Sequence record: MF327008
Direction: 5' to 3' (one strand)
DNA length: 64,000 nt
Origin: Shigella phage Sf24
Notes under the pieces: generated by a model
Told to the model about the DNA's origin: nothing
Seen by the model: the letters and a program-made list of their open reading frames with translations, nothing else
Databases searched by the model: none
Part shown: piece after piece, positions 10,830 through 21,077 of the stretch
Layout of the letters: the number at the start of each line of letters is the position of its first letter
Position numbering within the stretch: position 1 is the stretch's first letter
Translations under genes and position numbers: made by a program

Positions 10830-11924
10830 ATGGCAATTGTTAAAGAAATAACTGCTGATTTAATTAAAAAGTCCGGTGAGAAAATTTCAGCCGGACAGAG
10901 TACTAAATCAGAAGTAGCAACTAAAACATACACTGCCCAGTTTCCAACTGGGCGTGCTAGTGGTAATGACACTACAGGGGACTTCCAGGTAACAGATCTA
11001 TATAAGAATGGATTATTATTTACTGCATACAATATGTCATCTAGGGATTCTGGAAGTCTTAGATCGATGAGATCTAACTACTCTTCTTCATCTTCGAGTA
11101 TTTTAAGTACAGCTAGAAACACTATTAGTAGTACAGTATCAAAACTATCAAATGGATTAATATCAAACAATAATTCAGGAACAATAAGTAAAGCTCCTGT
11201 CGCAAACATTCTTTTACCGAGATCTAAATCTGACGTTGATACATCATCACATAGATTTAATGATGTTCAAGAAAGTCTTATCAGCAGAGGCGGAGGTACT
11301 GCTACTGGTGTGTTAAGTAATATTGCTTCAACTGCAGTATTTGGGGCACTGGAAAGTATAACACAAGGTATAATGGCTGATAATAATGAACAGATTTATA
11401 CGACAGCTAGAAGTATGTATGGCGGTGCTGAGAATAGAACTAAAGTGTTTACATGGGATTTGACTCCACGTTCAACAGAAGATTTGATGGCTATTATCAA
11501 TATCTATCAATATTTTAACTATTTTTCTTATGGTGAAACAGGCAAATCTCAATATGCTGCTGAAATAAAGGGGTATTTGGATGATTGGTATCGTTCTACG
11601 TTAATTGAACCTTTATCTCCGGAAGACGCAGCTAAAAATAAAACACTATTTGAGAAAATGACATCGAGTTTAACTAACGTTCTAGTAGTTTCAAACCCGA
11701 CAATTTGGATGGTGAAAAACTTTGGTGCAACATCTAAGTTTGATGGAAAAACGGAAATATTTGGTCCATGCCAAATACAGAGCATCAGATTTGATAAAAC
11801 ACCTAATGGTAACTTTAACGGATTAGCTATTGCTCCAAACCTCCCTAGTACATTTACTCTTGAGATTACTATGAGAGAAATTATCACGTTAAACCGTGCT
11901 TCTTTATATGCGGGGACTTTTTAA
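10830..11924 (+). CDS. 48: baseplate tail tube cap gp48
   Basis: 364 aa, T4 gp48 length; gene order. Confidence 0.88.
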   Translation: MAIVKEITADLIKKSGEKISAGQSTKSEVATKTYTAQFPTGRASGNDTTGDFQVTDLYKNGLLFTAYNMSSRDSGSLRSMRSNYSSSSSSILSTARNTISSTVSKLSNGLISNNNSGTISKAPVANILLPRSKSDVDTSSHRFNDVQESLISRGGGTATGVLSNIASTAVFGALESITQGIMADNNEQIYTTARSMYGGAENRTKVFTWDLTPRSTEDLMAIINIYQYFNYFSYGETGKSQYAAEIKGYLDDWYRSTLIEPLSPEDAAKNKTLFEKMTSSLTNVLVVSNPTIWMVKNFGATSKFDGKTEIFGPCQIQSIRFDKTPNGNFNGLAIAPNLPSTFTLEITMREIITLNRASLYAGTF

Positions 11925-12889
11925 TGTATTCTTTAGAGGAATTTAATAATCAAGCAATAAACGCAGATTTCCAACGTAATAATATGTTTAGCTGTGTTTT
12001 TGCGACAACTCCATCAACTAAAAGCTCTTCGTTGATAAATTCAATTAGCAACTTTTCTTATAATAACTTGGGTCTAAATTCAGACTGGTTAGGATTGTCT
12101 CAAGGCGATATTAATCAGGGAATTACCACGCTAATTACTGCTGGCACACAAAAACTGATAAGAAAATCAGGGGTTAGTAAATATCTTATTGGTGCCATGA
12201 GTCAACGTACAGTTCAAAGTTTATTGGGCTCATTTACAGTTGGTACATATTTAATTGACTTCTTTAATATGGCATATAATTCATCTGGATTGATGATATA
12301 CTCTGTAAAAATGCCAGAGAATAGATTATCCTATGAAACTGACTGGAATTATAACTCTCCTAATATTCGTATAACTGGGAGAGAATTGGACCCTTTGGTT
12401 ATTTCATTTAGAATGGATTCAGAAGCTTGTAACTATCGTGCGATGCAAGACTGGGTTAACTCCGTTCAAGACCCAGTAACTGGATTACGCGCTTTGCCAC
12501 AGGATGTCGAGGCAGATATTCAGGTTAATCTTCATTCTCGTAATGGATTGCCTCATACTGCGGTGATGTTCACTGGATGCATTCCAATATCAGTGAGCGC
12601 TCCTGAGTTATCATATGATGGAGATAACCAAATAACTACATTTGACGTTACTTTTGCGTATAGAGTGATGCAGGCTGGAGCAGTTGATAGGCAAGCTGCG
12701 CTTGAATGGCTTGAATCTGCTGCTATAAATGGTATTCAAAGCGTTCTCGGAAATAGTGGAGGTGTTACTGGACTATCTAATTCGCTTTCACGACTCAGTA
12801 GATTAGGGGGAACTGCAGGAAGCATTTCAAACATTAATACTATGACAGGAATTGTCAATTCGCAAAGTAAAATATTAGGAGCAATATAA
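11924..12889 (+). CDS. 54: baseplate tail tube initiator gp54
   Basis: 321 aa; overlaps gene 48 stop; followed by a strong hairpin terminator. Confidence 0.88.
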   Translation: MYSLEEFNNQAINADFQRNNMFSCVFATTPSTKSSSLINSISNFSYNNLGLNSDWLGLSQGDINQGITTLITAGTQKLIRKSGVSKYLIGAMSQRTVQSLLGSFTVGTYLIDFFNMAYNSSGLMIYSVKMPENRLSYETDWNYNSPNIRITGRELDPLVISFRMDSEACNYRAMQDWVNSVQDPVTGLRALPQDVEADIQVNLHSRNGLPHTAVMFTGCIPISVSAPELSYDGDNQITTFDVTFAYRVMQAGAVDRQAALEWLESAAINGIQSVLGNSGGVTGLSNSLSRLSRLGGTAGSISNINTMTGIVNSQSKILGAI

Positions 12890-12893
12890 CAAT

Positions 12894-12923
12894 GGGGACC
12901 TTTCGGTCCCCATATTTTTATTT
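12894..12923 (+). terminator. rho-independent terminator after gene 54
   Basis: GGGGACC-UUUC-GGUCCCC hairpin followed by AUAUUUUUAUUU. Confidence 0.7.
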
Positions 12924-13208
12924 ACGGAATGAAATAAAAGCAGCAACTGAAGCAACTAAACTGTCTTCAATATAAACCTCAATTTTTACCGGAGCTTCTG
13001 ACTCAAATTTACCTGTTACTACACCTTGGAAAATACTTTCAGTCTGTTCTGGCTTTGAAAAATTTTCAGAAGGAAAAATTCCGAACTTTTTATCTGTTCC
13101 AAAAATTTTGATAAATTCATCGTAAACTGCTTCATTAAAAGCATTATCAGCAGGAATAACGCCTTCAACTACAAGTTCTTGACCTAAAAAGCGCAAAGAA
13201 GATTTCAT
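12918..13208 (-). CDS. hypothetical early protein, 96 aa (alt.-3 position)
   Basis: ORF with GAGG Shine-Dalgarno and an early-promoter repeat immediately upstream. Confidence 0.6.
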   Translation of the reverse strand: MKSSLRFLGQELVVEGVIPADNAFNEAVYDEFIKIFGTDKKFGIFPSENFSKPEQTESIFQGVVTGKFESEAPVKIEVYIEDSLVASVAAFISFRK

Positions 13209-13239
13209 TTTGTGTTCCTCATGTTATGTCAGTAAGATT

Positions 13240-13269
13240 ACTATAACACAACACGAGGGACTTGTAAAC
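13240..13269 (-). promoter_or_regulatory. early promoter (GTTTAC -35, TATAGT -10)
   Basis: Minus strand GTTTAC-N14-GTG-T-TATAGT; part of a 53 bp repeat also found at 28499-28551. Confidence 0.65.
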
Positions 13270-15326
13270 TACATTTTGAACTTTTTAGACATTCCGTTGA
13301 TGTTAACCAAAGAAGCTAAGATTTGAGAAACTTCGTTTTCCTCTTCTTTTGATTCTTCTACAAGGAATTGATTAAATCCAGCCATTGGACGAACTTCACC
13401 AGTTTCCATCAAATGATCGCCATCATATACTGATTCTTCTAATTGCTCAGAAGGAGGAACGATTGTGCCTTCGATTAGATACTTATTATAAGCAGTTTCT
13501 TTCATCATGTACGTGCTCACTTTATTAATCTTCAGTAAAATTCCACGTGGTAGAATAACTTCAGCTTCTGATGGAAATCCTGATAAATGACCTGGAACGA
13601 TAACTTTGATTCGCTCAGCCCCTTTAATTACCATACCTACGCTAGTTTCAGCGTCTTCATTCGCATAAGCAGAGTGACTACCCATATGCATTAAATCTTC
13701 AGCATCAACTGAACCTTCTCCTTCGCCAGAAAATACTGCGCCGGAATCATCTAGAGCCATATAGTTTTTACCATGCTCACCGAAGATATTTGGTTTAAGC
13801 GATGTGGATACGAAGTTCTTGAAATAGAACATTTTATTTTCAATATTATGACGTAAAGTTTTAAAAGTAACTTCTTGTCCACGATAAAGCGTAGTTCCTG
13901 GAGGAAGAACTGAACCTTTAGCGAATGCAGAATCCATTGTCTCGATGTGTTTAATAGCTCGTTCCATGTATTCTTCACGGGTAGAATCTGGTTTACCCAA
14001 GAGGAACGAGTTCATTTCAACATATGAATCTGCACAATAATCTTCAATTACATCAGACTCAGCCTGAGTTAATCCTTTTGGAGTTACTTCGGTGCTTGCG
14101 TATTCATATGCCTGAGCAGCAGATTCATTAATCAATTTATAAATGCTATTCATGACAAATTGAATAATAGCTGTCTTTTCATCTGACGTAGCTTTAGAAC
14201 CTTTAACTAAATCATTGATAATTTTCTTAATAACATCAAAGCTATTAGAAATATTAATGTCAGCGAGATCGCTCAAAATTTTATCGGTTTTATAATCAAA
14301 AAATTCTTTATTCTTTAAATATTCTTGAGAACCTTGATATGTTATATCGCTCTGCAGTCTGATAGACGGATCACGTAAACGCGCATGGGCCAATGCAATA
14401 TGATTTCGGAAGCTTTCTAGTTCATAATCGTTAGATTTAAAACGAGAAGCACTTCTCATACCACCGATAGCTCCTTTGCTGAAGTTGGAACCAATCTGAA
14501 TAACACCAGAGTTCATTGGTCCTTCTGCTTTATATACAGGAACTTTAGATTCAAACTCTTGATATTTCTTGGCAGCGAAGCTATCACCCTGAAGTGAAGC
14601 ATCAACAGTAGAATATTGAGCTTGTGCTGCTAATCGACGACTAATTTTAGTTTTCTGAATAACAGCTTGATCCGTACGCTTATCATTTTCTAAAGCAATA
14701 GAAGCAGCAACTGCGACAGCTTTAGGAACAGCATTACCTGTTTTAACGTCTACATAAACATCACCAACCTTTGATTCAACTTTTGTGAATAACTCAGCTG
14801 AAATAGGAGGTACACCTGGAATGTCTTCTAAATTGGCATTTTTACGGTAAACCATAATATATGCGTACTTTTTATCATAGTCCCAGATTTCCTTTAAAAG
14901 AACATATCGGCCTGCTCCTTTAGTACGTACTAAACGGTCAGCAATAACTTGCATTTGACGAGCAGCGCCATTTGTTTTACTCTTTAGTACGCGGAATAAG
15001 CATGCATCAATTTTATACTGTTTCATTGTTTGAAGAGCAGTATCAAAAACAGCATTAATGGCGCCAATTGGATTTCCACCCAAGTTTTTAAGTTTAACTA
15101 ATGATAGTTTCTCATTGACACCTATCATTACGATATGCATCATTTTGTCGCCTGGCTTAACGTTTTTATTCGTATCACCGCCAGAGGTGTATGTACAAAA
15201 TCTAAATCCAGGAAGCACGCTTTCTTCACCGGCTTGAATAGCAAAAATTTGTGGTATTTTATGCTTAGGATTTAAGTTAACAACCGGCGCCGAAGCGCCG
15301 TCAAATAATTCTGTAATAAGTTCCAT
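13269..15326 (-). CDS. Alt-like ADP-ribosyltransferase paralog, 685 aa
   Basis: Shares N-terminus (MELITELFD...LNPK.KIPQIF) and domain order with the adjacent alt; R-S-E triad elements YRG, FVSTSL and SEAEVILPRG. Confidence 0.85.
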   Translation of the reverse strand: MELITELFDGASAPVVNLNPKHKIPQIFAIQAGEESVLPGFRFCTYTSGGDTNKNVKPGDKMMHIVMIGVNEKLSLVKLKNLGGNPIGAINAVFDTALQTMKQYKIDACLFRVLKSKTNGAARQMQVIADRLVRTKGAGRYVLLKEIWDYDKKYAYIMVYRKNANLEDIPGVPPISAELFTKVESKVGDVYVDVKTGNAVPKAVAVAASIALENDKRTDQAVIQKTKISRRLAAQAQYSTVDASLQGDSFAAKKYQEFESKVPVYKAEGPMNSGVIQIGSNFSKGAIGGMRSASRFKSNDYELESFRNHIALAHARLRDPSIRLQSDITYQGSQEYLKNKEFFDYKTDKILSDLADINISNSFDVIKKIINDLVKGSKATSDEKTAIIQFVMNSIYKLINESAAQAYEYASTEVTPKGLTQAESDVIEDYCADSYVEMNSFLLGKPDSTREEYMERAIKHIETMDSAFAKGSVLPPGTTLYRGQEVTFKTLRHNIENKMFYFKNFVSTSLKPNIFGEHGKNYMALDDSGAVFSGEGEGSVDAEDLMHMGSHSAYANEDAETSVGMVIKGAERIKVIVPGHLSGFPSEAEVILPRGILLKINKVSTYMMKETAYNKYLIEGTIVPPSEQLEESVYDGDHLMETGEVRPMAGFNQFLVEESKEEENEVSQILASLVNINGMSKKFKM

Positions 15327-15329
15327 GAT

Positions 15330-17426
15330 TTATCCTTGAACGAACTTGTAAGGCATGTTTGTAATATCTATGCAAGATGCAATAATTCCAAGAGATGATT
15401 CTACTTTTTGTTTAACATTTGATGAAACAAATGATGCAAAGTCAACTCTGTCTTCTATTTCAATATCACCTGTCATTGCAACTACTTCGCCGGTTTCCAT
15501 TAAATGGTCTCCATCATAGATTACCGATTCGGTGAGCTCTTCCGTGGTCATAACTTCAGCTTGAATGAGTTTTGTATTATTAGACGTGGTTCCGTCATTA
15601 TTAGAAGCATCAGTTATTTTATTAACTTTGACCATCAATCCGCGCGGTAGAATAACTTCAGCTTCTGTTGCTATTCCGAGACTTCCTGGATATACAACAT
15701 TAACTTTATGAGCTCCATCAATTGCCCATCCTATTTGAACTTTAACGTATTCAGGATTTTCTTTATACGCTCTTATTTCGTTTGGATTAATAGTTATTCC
15801 TTCTTCATTTTTATCAACTGTCAATTCATTACGAGCTTCTGGTTCTAAAAGACCAATACCAGCATGCGTAATTCCAAAACGTCCAAAAATGATAGGAGTT
15901 AAAGAAGTAGATACAAAATTTCTGAAATAGAATACTTTATTTTTAACTAATGCTTCGTATATAGGAGCAGTCATGCTTTGAGCACGATAAACTGTGATGC
16001 CTTCCGGTATGCGGTCACCATTTTCAAAAGCTGAATCTAAGTTATTTATAGCAGATTCAATTTCTTTTTCACTCATTACATCATATCGTTCTGGATTGTA
16101 ACGACCTAAAAGAAGATTATTGATGTCAGTATATCCTGAACCGCAATATTCTCTAATGCCACGCTTTTGTGATGGAGTATATTTAGAACCATCGCGGGCA
16201 ATAGTAATATCAATCATTGGACCAGCACCAATTCCAGAAAAACTGTAAATCATTCGTTTGAGGAATTTAGTTTTTGCTGCGTTCCAGGAATTTTTAGTTA
16301 TTTCTTCCCAGACTTCATCTGATTGTCCTTTACGATTTTTATTATGATTAGCAAGCCATTTATCTTTATAATCTTCAAAGAATTGATTTACAGCTGCTGC
16401 GTATTTCTCTAAACATTTTATTGAAGTAGTTGGTTCATTTTTAATTGCATTAAAAATTACTTCTTTAATTTTTTCTGAAACTTCACCGACTTGACTCATT
16501 GGAAAGAATTTATAATCATAGTGAAGTTCATCTGCCGTTCCTTCGGCAATAATTTTTGCTGCCTTAGTTTTAGAAGCTAATGAATTAATTCCAAGCTTCA
16601 TTTCTTCTGCTTCGGGAATTAAAGGTGCAGTAGCTGGTTTATTAAAATTAGCTGCTGTAGATTCATACTTCTGGAATAATTCACTTTCAAATCTAGAAGA
16701 TTCCAATGACTGACTTTGTGCAATTGCTCTACGGGAAATTTTAACTTTAACGATTACAGCTTGGTCAGAACGTTTATCGTTTTCTTGTGCAATAGATGCT
16801 GCAATTGCCTCATTTTTAGTTACTTGAGCTCCAGTATCTTTATTGATATAAACATCGCCAACTTTCGATTCAACTTTAGTAAAGAGCTCGGTACTAATTT
16901 CCGGAACTCCTGGAATGTCTTCTAGCGATACATTTTTGCGATGTATAAGAATATATGCATACTTTTTATCATAATCCCAGAGTTCCTTAAGAAGGACGTA
17001 TCTGCCACCTGAACGACTACGGATAAGTCTATCAGCAATAACTTGAATTTGTCGAGCTTGACCAGCGGTTTTAGACTTAAGAATACGAAGCATACAAGCA
17101 TCAATTTTATACTGACGCATTGTTTGCATTGCAACAGTAAAAACTGAATTGATATAATTAATTGGGCTTGGACCAAGACCTTTTAATTTAGCAATTGAAC
17201 CTTTAGCAGTTAATGTAAAAGGAACAATATGCATCATTTTATCGCCCATTTTTAAATCGCGATTAGTATCACCTCCAGATGTATAGGTACACAAACGAAA
17301 GCCTGGTTGTTCAATTGCGTCATCAACATGAACTGAAAAAATTTGCGGTATTTTCTTCTTTGGATTTAAGTTTGTAATCGGAAGAGTAGTATCTTCGTCA
17401 AATAATTCTGTAATGAGTTCCATCAT
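15330..17426 (-). CDS. alt: Alt ADP-ribosyltransferase (injected internal head protein)
   Basis: 698 aa; closest to remembered T4 Alt; ART elements VYRAQS, FVSTSL, TEAEVILPRG; late TATAAATA promoter upstream. Confidence 0.88.
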   Translation of the reverse strand: MMELITELFDEDTTLPITNLNPKKKIPQIFSVHVDDAIEQPGFRLCTYTSGGDTNRDLKMGDKMMHIVPFTLTAKGSIAKLKGLGPSPINYINSVFTVAMQTMRQYKIDACMLRILKSKTAGQARQIQVIADRLIRSRSGGRYVLLKELWDYDKKYAYILIHRKNVSLEDIPGVPEISTELFTKVESKVGDVYINKDTGAQVTKNEAIAASIAQENDKRSDQAVIVKVKISRRAIAQSQSLESSRFESELFQKYESTAANFNKPATAPLIPEAEEMKLGINSLASKTKAAKIIAEGTADELHYDYKFFPMSQVGEVSEKIKEVIFNAIKNEPTTSIKCLEKYAAAVNQFFEDYKDKWLANHNKNRKGQSDEVWEEITKNSWNAAKTKFLKRMIYSFSGIGAGPMIDITIARDGSKYTPSQKRGIREYCGSGYTDINNLLLGRYNPERYDVMSEKEIESAINNLDSAFENGDRIPEGITVYRAQSMTAPIYEALVKNKVFYFRNFVSTSLTPIIFGRFGITHAGIGLLEPEARNELTVDKNEEGITINPNEIRAYKENPEYVKVQIGWAIDGAHKVNVVYPGSLGIATEAEVILPRGLMVKVNKITDASNNDGTTSNNTKLIQAEVMTTEELTESVIYDGDHLMETGEVVAMTGDIEIEDRVDFASFVSSNVKQKVESSLGIIASCIDITNMPYKFVQG

Positions 17427-17447
17427 ATCCTCTCTAGTGTTTATTCT

Positions 17448-17455
17448 ATTTATAA
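17448..17455 (-). promoter_or_regulatory. late promoter TATAAATA for alt
   Basis: Reverse complement of tatttata, 22 bp upstream of the alt ATG. Confidence 0.6.
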
Positions 17456-17475
17456 AATTAAAGGCCCGAAGGCCT
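17451..17475 (-). terminator. hairpin terminator between the ligase operon and alt
   Basis: AGGCC-CGAA-GGCCU hairpin with A/T-rich tract on the minus strand. Confidence 0.45.
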
Positions 17476-17664
17476 TTAATAATCTATTGGTAAGAGAGTA
17501 CGATATATTTCAAACTTTGGACCTTTTTCATAGGCATCAAATGTTTCTGTGAATTTATTATAAGCATATGCATCTATAAATTCAATCATAATTTGTGATA
17601 CAGAAGTAGAAACATCTCCACCTTCTTTTTGAGCCACGACAATTGTTTCTAAGTAAGCTTTCAT
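17476..17664 (-). CDS. hypothetical protein, 62 aa
   Basis: ORF directly downstream of and overlapping the DNA ligase stop; hairpin at its 3' end. Confidence 0.5.
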   Translation of the reverse strand: MKAYLETIVVAQKEGGDVSTSVSQIMIEFIDAYAYNKFTETFDAYEKGPKFEIYRTLLPIDY

Positions 17665-19124
17665 AGACCAGTTACCTCATGAAAATCACCAAATACATCC
17701 TCGAATGTATTAGCTTTAGTTTTATCTTCACGTAAACGAATCGCAATCGGAAGAAATAATTTAACGTAATCGGTGCGGCCATCAGATTTTAACCAACCAT
17801 TGCATTCGCACTCTAGAATTTTTCCAATATAATAATTTTGGTTTTCCATAATGCGAGTACGGTCAAGTTCATGCGATTTTACACCGGCTTTATCTTTTAA
17901 GCCTGAACCAGCATTTACTTTAATTTTTCCACACTCTGATTCAAGAATAAATCCACCCGCTTTAGTAGGGTCTTTACGGTGAGGATAAATTCCTACAATT
18001 TTTAAATCAACATCAATTACTTCTTTAAATTTATAAAGATTTTTTGAACGAGCATTTTCCCATAATCCATCGATATTTTTGAGAATAATACCTTCAAGAC
18101 CTTGGTCAATATACTTTTTATAAATTACCTTAGCTTCATCTATGTTATTTACTACCTGGTTTTCAATTAAAATTACTTTATCATATCCTGATGTCATTTG
18201 TTCTAGTTTAGAAAAACGTACATCATATTTTAAACGAAACGCCGGAAGACCGTATATTTCTACCAACGGGACATAATCCCAAACCTGAAACTTCATGCAT
18301 TGAGCTTCTTTTTCAGAAATGGTTCCTTTTAAGGATTTATTGGCGATTCCATTAGAAGTAGTACGAGATTCCGCTACTTCGGCGAATTCTTTAGCTTTAC
18401 TAATTTCAGGATAAGCATCAAAAAGAAAATCTAGGCCTTCTGGTTCCTTTTTAACTTGCTCATGGTATACCAATTCGCCATCAATTAACACACCTTCTGG
18501 ATGAATCTGGCGGGCTTCAGCAGTCATTTTGATTAACTCTTCCTTAAGAAGATCTAATCCTAGATATTCATTACCAGCTCGTGATAAAAGACGAACATCA
18601 TCTAATTCATCGCCTCGGACTTCAGCAAAACACCGGGCTCCATCTGCTTTTAACTGCGCAAAGGCTGGAAACTTGATATTCTTACTAATGCCCTTTTCAT
18701 CATAAGAACTTGCCAGCATTTGAGGTTGTTCAGGAATTAAACCTGGCCAAACTTTGTTTGCAATAGATACTGAAGCACCGCATTCAAGGTCTCGCATCAT
18801 CACTCGACGCAAAACTTCAACATCATCCTTTTTACCATCAGTGATATATCCAGTTAATTCCTCAATTGCAGCATTTCCAGTCAATTTCCGAGTAGCTAAC
18901 GTGAATTCAATGAAATCAAGCATATCGGTAATGGTCAGCATTCCAAAACTCTGGGTAGCAATACCAGGTTTAGGCCATTTCTTGATATAATACTGTAACC
19001 CACGAGAATAAGTCAGACGATATACTCGTTTAAGCAATTCATTATCTTTATTCTTTTCAAGAATTGCTTGCTTCTGCTTAGTTGATCCAATAGATGCTAT
19101 TTCATTCAGAATTTTAAGAATCAT
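17661..19124 (-). CDS. 30: ATP-dependent DNA ligase gp30
   Basis: 487 aa, T4 ligase length; ligase-type lysine motif QLKADGARC. Confidence 0.92.
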   Translation of the reverse strand: MILKILNEIASIGSTKQKQAILEKNKDNELLKRVYRLTYSRGLQYYIKKWPKPGIATQSFGMLTITDMLDFIEFTLATRKLTGNAAIEELTGYITDGKKDDVEVLRRVMMRDLECGASVSIANKVWPGLIPEQPQMLASSYDEKGISKNIKFPAFAQLKADGARCFAEVRGDELDDVRLLSRAGNEYLGLDLLKEELIKMTAEARQIHPEGVLIDGELVYHEQVKKEPEGLDFLFDAYPEISKAKEFAEVAESRTTSNGIANKSLKGTISEKEAQCMKFQVWDYVPLVEIYGLPAFRLKYDVRFSKLEQMTSGYDKVILIENQVVNNIDEAKVIYKKYIDQGLEGIILKNIDGLWENARSKNLYKFKEVIDVDLKIVGIYPHRKDPTKAGGFILESECGKIKVNAGSGLKDKAGVKSHELDRTRIMENQNYYIGKILECECNGWLKSDGRTDYVKLFLPIAIRLREDKTKANTFEDVFGDFHEVTGL

Positions 19125-19390
19125 TGTTCATCCTTCAGAGTTTGATTTACAGCTCTATTATAAATCAATTCATCATTAAGCTCAGTTAAAGACCTATGAT
19201 ATGTAGTTCTAACTTTATTTCCTTGCATCCAGTGCTTGATATAAATGAAACCTTGCTCTACACATTTTTTAAAAATTCGTTCGTCTTTTTGAGCTCGGAA
19301 TTCTGGATTGCATCTAAAGAATTGATTTACGTGACCGTAATCACGCGTAGTATTACCTTCATTTTCATAAATAGTGTGAACGACAAACAT
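19121..19390 (-). CDS. hypothetical protein, 89 aa (30.1 position)
   Basis: ORF overlapping ligase start; gene order. Confidence 0.6.
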   Translation of the reverse strand: MFVVHTIYENEGNTTRDYGHVNQFFRCNPEFRAQKDERIFKKCVEQGFIYIKHWMQGNKVRTTYHRSLTELNDELIYNRAVNQTLKDEQ

Positions 19391-20229
19391 TAGAATGCTC
19401 CTTGGAAAATATTATCACCACAAGTAGGTCTATTATACAAATACTCTATGCCACCAGGTTTAATATAGTTCCATGTCTGAAACGGATGTGTCTGATATGG
19501 ATGATATAGATGATTATAAGGATTAAACCCAGGAGTTCTCCAGGTAGTGTTCCAACGAAAAGAATCATTTTTAATCATCTTTTCAATTACATCTTTTATA
19601 GCTTTTTCACTATCAAAACTTTCTTTATTTTCCTTCGGTGAAAAAAGTTTATTTTCTACATCATTCCATATATAAACTCGCTGCGCAGTTTTTGGAATAT
19701 TGTCACGCTCTCCTCGAGCCATCCAATAAACAGGAACATTTAATATTTCACTCGCATGATCGCAATGATGCGCGAGATCGTCAATATAACAAATTACGTT
19801 ATATTTCTCTTTTGCCTTTTTGAACAACTCTTCTTTTGAAGAATCATGACCACACATCATTACTTCCGAGAAGGCGCCAGGAAAAAGAGCATTCAAATTA
19901 AATTGACGATTCAACAGAGCGTCAATAGAATCACCCAATGCTGTAACAGCTACAAAATTATAATCTTCTTTTAGTTTGTTAATTACACACAGGGCATCTT
20001 TATATGGAGACAAGTAACGAATAAAATCTGATCGATTATATTTTTCAATTAACTTGACACCAAGTTCTTCATCACAATTAAAGAGTTTACCTGGAGAAAT
20101 AAATTTCTCATCTTGGATCATTTTTAAAATATGTTCTAACGGAAGATTATATTTCTGAGCAAAATAAGGAAGACCTGATTGCCAGCTTAAACAAACTCCA
20201 TCAATATCAGTTAAAATAGTAGGCTTCAT
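19390..20229 (-). CDS. HAD-superfamily hydrolase-like protein, 279 aa (30.2 position)
   Basis: N-terminal DxDG-type motif LTDIDGV typical of HAD phosphatases. Confidence 0.65.
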   Translation of the reverse strand: MKPTILTDIDGVCLSWQSGLPYFAQKYNLPLEHILKMIQDEKFISPGKLFNCDEELGVKLIEKYNRSDFIRYLSPYKDALCVINKLKEDYNFVAVTALGDSIDALLNRQFNLNALFPGAFSEVMMCGHDSSKEELFKKAKEKYNVICYIDDLAHHCDHASEILNVPVYWMARGERDNIPKTAQRVYIWNDVENKLFSPKENKESFDSEKAIKDVIEKMIKNDSFRWNTTWRTPGFNPYNHLYHPYQTHPFQTWNYIKPGGIEYLYNRPTCGDNIFQGAF

Positions 20230-20690
20230 AGAGAGTCTCTTAATAGGTTTAACACATCAATAAATTCAGCTTCGGTTAATATTGTATCATCTTTTGTTAG
20301 ACCACTAGCCATGCTGTGCTTCAAAACTTTTCCTTTCGAGGCTTGTAATGCATCGCGAAAGCCCCTGTTTTGGAACGCTGCTTCAAAATATGCATTTGTG
20401 TATAATTCTTTCCACGCTGGGGAGTATCTTGAAAACGGAACTCCAAGCCAAAAGAGGGTCCCACGGTCCTGAGCTCTAGCATAAGACCTTCCAGCTTGTT
20501 GGGCGGCAAGCCCGGATAACCCAAATATACGTCTTTGCTGTTCAACATTTTTCACCTTACATCCTTGGAGGAATCCTTCGAGACCTCCAAATTGGATACC
20601 ATCCATAACAAAAGGCCATTGGGCGAAATTACTTAATGCGCATGATGGCCATTTAAAATTGCTTCTAATCTCTAACTCAGACATTTTCAA
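20226..20690 (-). CDS. NADAR / YbiA-like (DUF1768) domain protein, 154 aa (30.3 position)
   Basis: Motifs SNFAQWPFVMDG and E-G-F-L-Q-G-C-K resemble the YbiA/NADAR signature as remembered; needs HMM confirmation. Confidence 0.55.
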   Translation of the reverse strand: MKMSELEIRSNFKWPSCALSNFAQWPFVMDGIQFGGLEGFLQGCKVKNVEQQRRIFGLSGLAAQQAGRSYARAQDRGTLFWLGVPFSRYSPAWKELYTNAYFEAAFQNRGFRDALQASKGKVLKHSMASGLTKDDTILTEAEFIDVLNLLRDSL

Positions 20691-20883
20691 TACTTATAAT
20701 TTCAACATCAGCCCAATGACCATAGCAAGGAAGACGAAATTCAACTGGCCAGTTAGGGTCCTTTTCTAATATAATAGACTGAACTTGTGGCTCTTCATAT
20801 TCATCGGTATACGGACCTTTATACGTTACTTTATATGTGACCTTAATATACTGAATTCCAAAAATCTTATTAATTATATTCAT
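20677..20883 (-). CDS. hypothetical protein, 68 aa
   Basis: ORF overlapping its neighbours in the 30.x operon. Confidence 0.5.
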   Translation of the reverse strand: MNIINKIFGIQYIKVTYKVTYKGPYTDEYEEPQVQSIILEKDPNWPVEFRLPCYGHWADVEIISIENV

Positions 20884-21077
20884 ACTAATTCCTTTAATCC
20901 GTAAATAGGAGATAATTCATCGCCCATACGAAGGTCTTCATTTCCATCTACCCAGGAAACAATATAAGCCTCTTTTATTTGAATACCACTCCATTTAAAT
21001 GGAGGTAGAACCTTAGAAATTAATCCAGGTATACCAACTCCCTTTAATTCAACAGTTTGACCTAAAAAGAATTTCAT
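20880..21077 (-). CDS. hypothetical protein, 65 aa
   Basis: ORF coupled to neighbours. Confidence 0.5.
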   Translation of the reverse strand: MKFFLGQTVELKGVGIPGLISKVLPPFKWSGIQIKEAYIVSWVDGNEDLRMGDELSPIYGLKELV

